The position numbers and the translations under genes are program-made. A stretch of DNA of 64,000 nucleotides from positions 1,897,679 to 1,961,678 of the forward strand of contig JAWKXN010000001.1 of NCBI GenBank assembly GCA_041396965.1, written 5' to 3'. Of the stretch, positions 19,001-27,980 are shown in pieces. Each line of letters starts with the position of its first letter. Position 1 is the first letter of the stretch. Under the pieces are notes generated by a model. It was not told where the DNA came from. It saw nothing but the letters and a program-made list of their open reading frames with translations, and did no database searches. The stretch is from Rickettsiales bacterium (lineage in GTDB: Bacteria > Pseudomonadota > Alphaproteobacteria > Rickettsiales > SXRF01).

Positions 19001-22000
19001 CCTCATATTTCGCCGGAGTTGAGTATAACGCCGCTGATGACCGTTTTGTGGCGACCACTGACCAATCACTAACCCCGACTATGGAAGCGATTTTCACAGC
19101 GGCTCCGGCGGGTGACGCGACAAGCTGGCTTGCCGCGTGGAAGCCGATAATCAATGTATTCCTGCAAAGCTTTGATCGTGGGAGTGACGGGCTTAAGGTG
19201 AGTTATGGTTTTCTGTTCAGTCATATCGTGGCGGCCTATGAGAATGTCGGGCTTTCGGCGACACTCACGCAAGCGGCGGATGCTTTTGACGTGCCGGTGG
19301 ATTTAATCCGCGCCAATAGTGATGACATAAACGGAGATGGCGAGGCTAACCTTATCTATCTTGGCGCGGGAGACCAGATAGCGCGCGGCGGACATGGACC
19401 GGATAATTATATTGTCGGCAGGAATTTCGGACATGACATAATAGATGACCTTGAGAACCCGTTAAATGGCAGCCCAGACTGGCTGCGTTTCGCTCATCTT
19501 AACTCTGATGAGGTGACTATGGAGCGCAGCGGGATTGACCTTATAATCAAGGTAAACGGCACTGCTGATGAGCTGAAAATAATCGGACAATTCGCTAGGC
19601 AGCTTTCCGGCTTTGGTATTGGTGGGCTGGACGCTGATCGTGGTGTACTAGAGATAATTTTCGCTAATGGTGAGGTTTGGGACAAAATTGACATAGCGAA
19701 AGCGGTAGAAAGACACACTGATGGTGATGACCTAATTATCGGTACTGATACCATAGATTTTTTTGACGGCGGACTTGGCAATGACCGGCTTATTGGTGGC
19801 GCGGAAGGTGATATTTATCAGTTCGGGCTTGGTGATGGTCAGGACATAATAGAAGATAATATGAGCTATATAACTATGGATGCTCCTGATGTAGTTGTTT
19901 TTAAGGATGGCATAACTTTTGATATGGTGTCATTTACCCGTGATGGTTACTCACAGGATCTGGTGGTCAAAATAAACGGAACTAATGATCAGATAACCAT
20001 AAAAAACCAGTTTACTGGTACTTATACTGGTGTTTATGGTTTGCATTTCCTTACTCGTATAGAAAATTTTATATTTAGTGATGGCACTAACATATCGTGG
20101 GACGATGTTCAGGACATAATCCTAGAGTCCAACCAAACGGATGGTGATGACGAGATTTACGGCTTTACCCGTACGGATATAATTGATGGTGGTGCCGGTG
20201 ATGATTTTATGTCCGGTGGTGATGAAGGCGATCTGTACATAATGGGACTTGGTTATGGGAAGGATGTTATTGAGGACGGTAGAAGTAACGTATTAAGTGG
20301 TGATAATGATACTATACAATTCTTGGAAGGAGTTAATCCTAACGAGGTTATCATGTCACGACCAACAGTTGATGACCTAAAGCTTACCCTTATAGATGGA
20401 AGTAGTGTTCTGATAAAAGGACATTTCTACAATATAGACCAATTTACTTTCAGCCAAGATCGCATAGAATATTTTACCTTTGCTGATGGAACAGAGTGGG
20501 ATTTTAACTTTATTAAGCAACGAATGCTAGAAATCAGCTCAACTGATGGTGACGATATTATTTATGGTTATTACTTTACTGATGATGTGATCAATGCCGG
20601 AGCTGGCAATGATATAGTAAATTCTTTGAGCGGCAACTCCACCATTACCGGAGGTCTGGGTGATGATCTACTTACTGGAGGAGGAGCCGATACTTACATT
20701 TATAATCAAGGTGATGGTGTTGATACCATAGATGAGGCAGTTTTTGCCGGAACTGACCAAATAATATTTAGCGGAGACGCACTTACTTCTACTAACGTCG
20801 TTCTTACTCGCTCCTCTGATTTTAACTCCGCAACGCTTACTTTTGGTGGAGTGGATGATACTATAATACTTCCTAATCAATTTTATAATTATAACGCGGG
20901 GATTGAATATATAGTATTTTCTGACGGAGTGACTTGGACTAAACGCGACCTGCAGGATAAATATCTATCAGATAACTCAACTGATGGTGATGATATTATA
21001 ACAGGATTTGGTAGTAACATAACTCATTATGAAAATGACATAATTACTGGTGGGCTTGGCAATGATCAGATGAATGGTCTAGTTGGTGACGATATTTATA
21101 TCCATAATCAGGGCGATGGTGTTGATACAATAATTGAGGATCAGTATAGTGGGAACGATACGGTAAGATTAACCGGAGCGGCTCTTACCTCAACCAATGT
21201 GACAGTTACTCGCTCCGCAGATTTTACCAGCGCTACGCTTAGCTTTGCCGGAGTATCTGATCAGATAATACTTAAAAATCAATTTGGCTCGCATGGTGCC
21301 GGTGTAGAGTATATAGAGTTTTCTGATGGCGTGACTTGGACAAAAGATGATTTACAAATAAAATATTTAAGTGACGCATCTACTGATGGAGATGACATTA
21401 TAGTTGGTTTTGGCTCCGAGTTTAATCATAGAGTAGATGATATAATTACCGGTGGGCTTGGTAATGATGTGATGGATGGTCTTAATGGTGATGATACTTA
21501 CATTTATAATCAAGGTGATGGTGTTGATGATATATATGAAGGTCTATTTAATGGATTAGACACATTAAAGTTATATGGTGATCTACTTACTATGGATAAC
21601 GCTTTAATCACCTATTCAGAAAATTATACTAAAGTGACATTAAGCTTTAATGGCATAGATGATAAAATAATCATGAGTGGAGAACAATATCCATGGCCAG
21701 GTCTAGAAAGAATAGAATTCTCTGATGGAAAAATATGGAACACACCGAACTTTTTTGGTGGTGCCGCTTATGTTGATAATCAAGAGACATTTAACGGTAC
21801 CGTAAATAATGATGTATTTATGAGCTTTGGAGCAAATGATACATTATATGGCAATGCTGGTGATGATTATTTTGAGGGTGGAGCTGGCGCGGATACGATA
21901 GATGGTGGAACTGGTGTGGATACTGTATCTTATTTTGGCTCTATTTCTGGAGTTGCCGTTAATCTTAGCACCAATGTCAATAGTGGTGGCGATGCGCAGG

Positions 22001-23694
22001 GTGACTTGCTCTATAATATTGAAAATATTATAGGTTCTAGTTTTGCTGACAATCTATCTGGTAATCCTAGTAATAATGTTATTCATGGTGGTCTAGGTAA
22101 CGATACTCTATCTGGGGCAGTTGGCAACGACACTCTATTTGGCGATGGTGGCAATGACGTTCTTGATGGCGGTGCTGGTGGTGATTACATGGATGGTGGT
22201 GCTGGTGTTGACACTGTGTCTTATGCTTCGTCTGCGGTTGTTGTTGATATAGATCTTAGCCGTACCGGTCTGCAGGGCTGGGGAGCATCTGGTGATACGA
22301 TAGTTAACGTGGAGAATATTATCGGCTCTGACTTTAGTGATCGCCTAGCAACTTCGGTGGTTGGTGGCACTATTCATGGCGGTTTGGGTAATGACATTAT
22401 CAATGGTAGAGACGGTAGTGATACTCTTTACGGCGAGGATGGCAATGATACTATCTATGCTGGTGGTGGTGATGACATTATTGATGGCGGCGCTGGCGAT
22501 GACACCATCTATAGTAATGGCGGCACTAACCTACTGATTGGTGGTGCTGGCGCGGATTACATGAATGGTTTTGGTGGAACCGCGATTGCTAGTTACGCTG
22601 ATTCAATAGCAGCAGTAAATATTATTCTCTCCACTAATGTAAATACCGGTGGTGACGCACAGGGTGATAGCCTTGTTGGCGTACCGAACATTATCGGATC
22701 AGACTTTGATGACACTATTATCGGTGATGGCTTTGCTAACAGCCTGTATGGTGGCTTGGGAGATGACTTGCTTGCCGGTAGAGGCTTTGGTGGCAACCAT
22801 ATGGATGGTGGTGATGGTGTTGACACTGTATCTTACGCTGAATCATCACAAGTGGTAAGCATCAATCTTGATAGCACTGGCTCACAAGGCTGGGGAGCGT
22901 CTGGTGATACTCTGGTCAGTATAGAAAATCTTATCGGCTCAGCTTATAATGATACTCTCGCCGCAAAAAGCAGTGGTAGTGTCATCCATGCTGGCAGCGG
23001 TAACGACACCATCAATGGTAGAGCTGGCAGTGATACTATTTATGGCGAGAATGGTAATGATACTATCTACGCGGGAGCTGGCAATGATACTGTCTATGGT
23101 GGTGCTGGCGATGACCTTATTTACAGTCAAGCTGGAGATAATCTGATAGTTGGTGGCGCGGGAGCTGATACCATTAACGGTTTTACTGGAATATCCACCG
23201 TATCTTACGCTGATTCATCTGCGGCGGTAAACATCAATCTTGCCACTAACGCCAACACAGGTGGCGACGCGCAGGGTGACGTTCTGCAAGGTGTAACTAA
23301 CATCATCGGCTCTGACTTCGCCGATAACCTCACCGGTGATTATAAAAATAATACTATAACCGGTGGCAGCGGTGTTGACACCATAACCGGTGGTAGTGGC
23401 TTTGATATATTCAAATATCTGGCAGATACCGATTCCGGCACTGGCGCGGGCAATCGTGATATAATCACTGACTTCAGCCACGCGCAAGGCGATAAGATTG
23501 ACCTGTCAGCCTTCGCCGGTGACTTCATATTCATGGGAACAAATAACTTCTCCGCCACGGCAAATGAGGTTAATTACTCACAATCCGGTGGTAACACAAT
23601 AATCGCCGTAGACTCCGACGCTAACGGACTCACCGACTTCGAGATACAACTCGCAGGGTTGCATGCGATGGTGGCTGGCGATTTCTTATTGTAG
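16054..23694 (+). CDS. Full-length 2546-aa RTX type I secretion substrate with a pore-former-like N-terminal domain, self-processing module, tandem HCBP-related repeats, a large RTX block and a C-terminal secretion signal
   Basis: The N-terminus is homologous to 10357..12687. Many GGxGxD nonapeptides. Contains [13 protein letters not shown]. The C-terminus ...[19 protein letters not shown] is typical of T1SS substrates. A hairpin terminator follows. Confidence 0.9.
   Translation: [2546 protein letters not shown]
17881..18420 (+). other. Putative Ca2+-dependent Asp-Pro self-processing module (FrpC/ApxIVA clip-and-link type)
   Basis: [17 protein letters not shown]...[40 protein letters not shown]...[23 protein letters not shown]...LWQDVNEN...[17 protein letters not shown] matches my recollection of the SPM consensus. 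Asp codon 17881, Pro codon 17884. The extent is approximate. Confidence 0.6.
19476..21750 (+). repeat. Six tandem ~125-aa haemolysin-type calcium-binding-related repeats within the main gene
   Basis: Recurrent pattern D.(I/L).F......(D/T).V...R.G.DL.I...G..D.I.I.N.F......IE.I.F(A/S)DG..W. Units 4 and 5 are the most similar pair. Confidence 0.7.
21800..23415 (+). repeat. C-terminal RTX nonapeptide region organised as alternating higher-order units
   Basis: Five units of the form VSY..S...V.(I/L)....(NVN(S/T)GGDAQGD or G.[9 protein letters not shown])...(I/V)(E/P/T)N(I/L)IGS.(F/Y).D.L, separated by GGxGxD runs. Confidence 0.75.
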
Positions 23695-23814
23695 GAGGGG
23701 CAGAAAGGGAGAATTGCGGTGGAGACAAGTTGTATCAGATTAGGGTGTCCAGCGACTCATATAAAACTTACTACAAAACTACGAAAATATACTAAGTCGC
23801 TGTCGAACGCAAAA

Positions 23815-23843
23815 GAGGTGTGTCTTGAGACACACCCCTTTAT
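23815..23843 (+). terminator. Rho-independent terminator after the RTX gene
   Basis: GGTGTGTC-TTGA-GACACACC hairpin followed by CCTTTAT, preceded by AAAAGA, so it may act in both directions. Confidence 0.6.
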
Positions 23844-24108
23844 GGCTTGTGAGAATATTTTTTATAAAAGTTTTTCAGATAATTTATAGCGACAGTGCGA
23901 ACCTGTTTGCCTTCTCCTCCCGATACAAACATTTTTTCAAACGGAATATTTTTTAGTCGCCTGAATATTAAAAAAGTTGTGTTTTGAGATAGTGCTACGC
24001 TTGTGTGTTTATAGGAGTTATCATAAGAAAAAAGCGGTAATTTGTGCAAAGTATATCAGATTAGATTAGGGTGTCCAGCAGCAACTCAAAAACCGACACG
24101 AAACGAAG

Positions 24109-24729
24109 CTACTTCAGAAAATCCACTTCACCTGTTTTTATATCCAGAAGAGCGCCAGATATTTTTAGTTTTTTCTTCTCTATCAATCCCTCCATAATTC
24201 TACTGGAATGCGCGAGATGGTCAACCGAAGCACGCACATTAGCTATCGCCGCCTGCTTTGATTTTTCTTCCGGTGACAAATCAGCAAGACGTGATATAGC
24301 GAATATATGTGGTCTTATTCGGCTTACAATATCATGTATATTCTCTGATTCTATCGCCTGTGGGTCTTCTATATGGTCAAGAGTAGCGCCAATAGCCCCG
24401 CACAACGTATGTCCCATCACCAAAACTGTGTTTGTGCCAAAGGCACTGGCGGCGAATTCCACACTCCCAACCAATGAGGGAGCCACTATATTCCCAGCCA
24501 CCCTGATTACAAATAAATCACCAACATCTTGATCAAAAATCATTTCAACCGGCGCTCTTGAATCAGAACAACAAAGTACTATAGCTTTTGGAAACTGTTT
24601 CTTATCGGCGAAATCTTTCAACTTTTTTATTGACGATTTAGACAACTGTATAGACTTGCCTTTTACAAACCTACTATTACCATCTTTTAACTCTTGTAAT
24701 ATCTGTTTAGGCGTTTTTTTACTCTTCAT
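24109..24729 (-). CDS. Beta-class carbonic anhydrase
   Basis: CCSDSR and GHTLCGA zinc-ligand motifs. Confidence 0.85.
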   Translation of the reverse strand: MKSKKTPKQILQELKDGNSRFVKGKSIQLSKSSIKKLKDFADKKQFPKAIVLCCSDSRAPVEMIFDQDVGDLFVIRVAGNIVAPSLVGSVEFAASAFGTNTVLVMGHTLCGAIGATLDHIEDPQAIESENIHDIVSRIRPHIFAISRLADLSPEEKSKQAAIANVRASVDHLAHSSRIMEGLIEKKKLKISGALLDIKTGEVDFLK

Positions 24730-24751
24730 ATTACTTCCTTAAAAATAAATT

Positions 24752-25450
24752 TTAATGACCATAATTCATAATATCACCATTTATCACACCATCAACTATG
24801 GTTATACTTCTTTGTGCTTTTTCAGCGAAATCTTGATCGTGAGTTACCACTATAATTGTACGATTATGTTGTTCTGATAGTCTTTTAAGGATATTCTGAA
24901 CATTCTTGCTGGAAGAAGTATCAAGATTTCCAGTCGGCTCATCAGCAAGAATTATTTGAGGATCATTGGCAAGAGCGCGCGCTATAGCGACACGCTGACT
25001 TTGCCCGCCTGATAATTGTCTTGGTAGTTTATTTATCTGATCTTTAAGCCCTAAATCCTCCAACAACTCACTTGCTCTATTTTTTATTTTTCTCTCACTC
25101 AGTTTGGAAAGTCTCCTCATTGGCAACATCACATTTTCCAAAGCGGAAAATTCCGGAAGAAGAAAATGGAATTGGAAAACGAACCCCATATCTTTAAGAC
25201 GTATCCTAGCGAGCTTTCTCTCACTATGAGTAGATACATCTTCCCCATCCACCCATATTTTACCCTGCGTAGGTTTATCTAGCAAACCAAGCAAATATAG
25301 AAATGATGATTTACCAGAACCTGAAGGTCCGGTAATCGCCACAAATTCACCACGCTTAATTTCTACATTGGCGTTATTTACCAATGTAACCTGTAACTCA
25401 GATTGTAATTTTCTAGTCAGATTTTCTGTCTTTATAATAATATCAGACAT
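24752..25450 (-). CDS. ABC transporter ATP-binding protein (MacB/LolD-type)
   Basis: Walker A GPSGSGKSS, signature LSGGQSQR, Walker B ILADEPT. Confidence 0.9.
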   Translation of the reverse strand: MSDIIIKTENLTRKLQSELQVTLVNNANVEIKRGEFVAITGPSGSGKSSFLYLLGLLDKPTQGKIWVDGEDVSTHSERKLARIRLKDMGFVFQFHFLLPEFSALENVMLPMRRLSKLSERKIKNRASELLEDLGLKDQINKLPRQLSGGQSQRVAIARALANDPQIILADEPTGNLDTSSSKNVQNILKRLSEQHNRTIIVVTHDQDFAEKAQRSITIVDGVINGDIMNYGH

Positions 25451-26695
25451 CTAACTACCTCTTAAGATGTCAACAGGCTTCACGTCAGCGGCCTTTCTAG
25501 CTGGCAGTAAAGACGCGAGCATAGAGGCAACCATAGCAAAACCATATGCTATTAAAAACTGAGAAACACTCCAATCAACAGGTATATTTATTTCCTCTGA
25601 GGCACCGGGTGGTCTTAAGCGAATAGTGGAAAGAAGCTTTATCATAATACTTCCTAAAGGTATGCCAAGCGCACAGCCGACAGTTCCTAATATCACACCT
25701 TGCGTAAGGAATATTTTTTTAATATCTGAGGCGTAAAACCCCATAGATTTAAGGATAGATATATCTTTTCTCTTTTCCATTATTATGGTGGAAATAACAT
25801 TATATATGCCAAGAGCGGCGACAAAAAGCAGTGTGCTTACCACACTGTACATGATCACGTTTCTTACAACCAAGCTGCTTAATATATCCTGCGATGTTTC
25901 CTGCCAAGAAACAGATTTATAACCAACTATATTCTCAATATTTTCCGCTATCTCTCTTGCTGCGTAAGGATCTTTTACTTTTATTATAATATTATTTATC
26001 CGATTAGGACGATCCAGTAAGGTCTGCGCTTTTTTTAACTGAATGAAAGCCTGCCTTTCATCATAGCTTGAGCGACCAACATGAAAAAGCCCTACTATTT
26101 TGAAAATTCTTACCTGTCCGGTATTTGAGGTAAGGGTTATATTATTTCCCATCTCAAGAGCTAATTTCTTAGCCAGAGCCCTACCCATTATTATACCGTT
26201 AGAATTAGTATCAAGATTTTCAATATTGCCAGCAATCATATATTTTTTTATCGTGGTAACTTCTAAAATATCTGATGGTATCATACCATTTACGGTAATC
26301 GCGTAATTCTTACCGGCACTACTTATTAATGCTTGCTCAGCTAATGTTGGTGACGCTTTTATATCAGGATATATTGATTTCAAAGTTTTAATAATATTCT
26401 TGAACCCTCTTACCCCCCTATTTTCCGTAACAGGTTTCACGTTGCTTATTTCTACCGCTCCCCGCTCATACACCATTAAGGCGGGTTGTTTTCGTGAGTT
26501 ACGAAATTCATCAACAATATTTATATGTGGCAAATTATCAACTAAGCGATTTATGAAATCACGCTCAGATCCTCTCATAAGCGATGATATAGCGAGAAAA
26601 AATGATACTCCTAAAATAATACCAGTAAGAGACACTATGCTCTGCCTTTTGCGGGCAAGTAAGTGACGAACGGCGATAAAAGTAAGCAGCTTCAT
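25451..26695 (-). CDS. ABC transporter permease, FtsX/MacB-type
   Basis: TM1, a large periplasmic loop and three C-terminal TMs. Adjacent to the ATPase gene. Confidence 0.8.
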   Translation of the reverse strand: MKLLTFIAVRHLLARKRQSIVSLTGIILGVSFFLAISSLMRGSERDFINRLVDNLPHINIVDEFRNSRKQPALMVYERGAVEISNVKPVTENRGVRGFKNIIKTLKSIYPDIKASPTLAEQALISSAGKNYAITVNGMIPSDILEVTTIKKYMIAGNIENLDTNSNGIIMGRALAKKLALEMGNNITLTSNTGQVRIFKIVGLFHVGRSSYDERQAFIQLKKAQTLLDRPNRINNIIIKVKDPYAAREIAENIENIVGYKSVSWQETSQDILSSLVVRNVIMYSVVSTLLFVAALGIYNVISTIIMEKRKDISILKSMGFYASDIKKIFLTQGVILGTVGCALGIPLGSIMIKLLSTIRLRPPGASEEINIPVDWSVSQFLIAYGFAMVASMLASLLPARKAADVKPVDILRGS

Positions 26696-27723
26696 TACTC
26701 TTTTATTTCTGTTTTTATTTCTGTTTCAATTACATTTACCGATACGCTCTGCCCTTCCTTAAAATTTTTGTTGCTTTTTATTACAACAAGTGAGTCTTTT
26801 GGCAGCTCATCCTCTATCTCGGTAAGCTCAACACCTTTTGCCCCAACGACAACTTCTCTATTTTTTAACTTACCGTCCTCTACCAACCACACTTTACTAT
26901 CATTTATAGCACCACTTGGAATAAGCTGAGCATCATCCTGCTCATTAGTTATAATATTGGTTTCTGTAGTCATCCCTATTTTAAGAGGATTATCATCAGT
27001 AAATCCTACTCTTACCCTATAACTTCTTGCAACCGGATCACCTTTTGGCGTAATTTGCTGAACTTTACCGTGAAAGACTTTACCAATAAAAGCGTCAGCC
27101 CTTATTAACACCTTCTGTCCAACCTTGACACTTGCTATATCTTCCTCGTCAACTTCAGCGGTGATTCTAAGCGGTGAATTCTCTGACATCCAAAATATCG
27201 CTTCTCCCGCTGGAATGAACTGCCCTTCCTCACCATCACGCTTTATAAGCAAACCATCAGCTGGCGCTTTTATATTAAGATAATCAAACTTAGCCTGCGC
27301 CTCAAGAGTAGCCGCGATCGCCGTCTGCATATCAGCTTTTGACTGATCATACATTTTCTGTGAAATTGTTTTCTTTTTAAGCAGAGATTCATTTCTCTCA
27401 AATTCCTTTTTAGCGAATTCCCCACGACTTTTTAGTTGCTGAATAAGATATTTAAGCTCATCACTTTCCATTTCCGCTAGAATCTGTCCCTTTTTTACCA
27501 CAGCCCCTTCATCAGATAATAACTTTACAATCCTTGACGATACATGAGGTGATAAAGGCATCATAATACTAGGCTCAACCGTACCCGTGGCGTAAACGGC
27601 GCGTACAGCTTGCCCTCTTATCGGACGAGTAACATCAACTCTTTTACTTTGAGAATAACTATAAAAACCATACCCAGCTAGCACACAAAACCCCACTGAG
27701 ATTATAGCAAAATATTTTTTCAT
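26695..27723 (-). CDS. HlyD/MacA-family periplasmic adaptor of the efflux pump
   Basis: N-terminal anchor, coiled-coil centre and beta-barrel C-terminus. First gene of the three-gene operon. Start taken at MKKYFAIISVG. Confidence 0.75.
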   Translation of the reverse strand: MKKYFAIISVGFCVLAGYGFYSYSQSKRVDVTRPIRGQAVRAVYATGTVEPSIMMPLSPHVSSRIVKLLSDEGAVVKKGQILAEMESDELKYLIQQLKSRGEFAKKEFERNESLLKKKTISQKMYDQSKADMQTAIAATLEAQAKFDYLNIKAPADGLLIKRDGEEGQFIPAGEAIFWMSENSPLRITAEVDEEDIASVKVGQKVLIRADAFIGKVFHGKVQQITPKGDPVARSYRVRVGFTDDNPLKIGMTTETNIITNEQDDAQLIPSGAINDSKVWLVEDGKLKNREVVVGAKGVELTEIEDELPKDSLVVIKSNKNFKEGQSVSVNVIETEIKTEIKE

Positions 27724-27820
27724 TATTTTTATGACCAACAATTACAATACTCAAATATGCCATACCGAAAATCATCGGCAGCCAGAGAATACTATGTAAA
27801 TAACCATAAAAAGACAAACG

Positions 27821-27854
27821 GTTTGTTTACATTCTCTGTTTGTTTACATTCTCT
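27821..27854. promoter_or_regulatory. Perfect tandem 17-bp direct repeat upstream of the efflux operon
   Basis: gtttgtttacattctct occurs twice, head to tail, ~100 bp upstream of the adaptor gene start. Confidence 0.35.
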
Positions 27855-27980
27855 TCTGGATAGTTTTACAGAAACCGGCTGGAAATAATGAAAACACAAC
27901 CCACCGGAGAAAGCAGCACCCCCACCGGTACATCAACAAACATTTTATAAAACAAGAACCATGCAGCTCAAACTTAGGAA

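Noticed and set aside
23840-24049. 69-aa minus-strand ORF between the toxin gene and the carbonic anhydrase gene
   Set aside because: It has no SD and no recognisable motif, and it sits in a repeat-bracketed intergenic scar. There is not enough evidence to call it a gene.
24071-24532. 153-aa plus-strand ORF
   Set aside because: It is fully antisense to the carbonic anhydrase gene, which has clear catalytic motifs.
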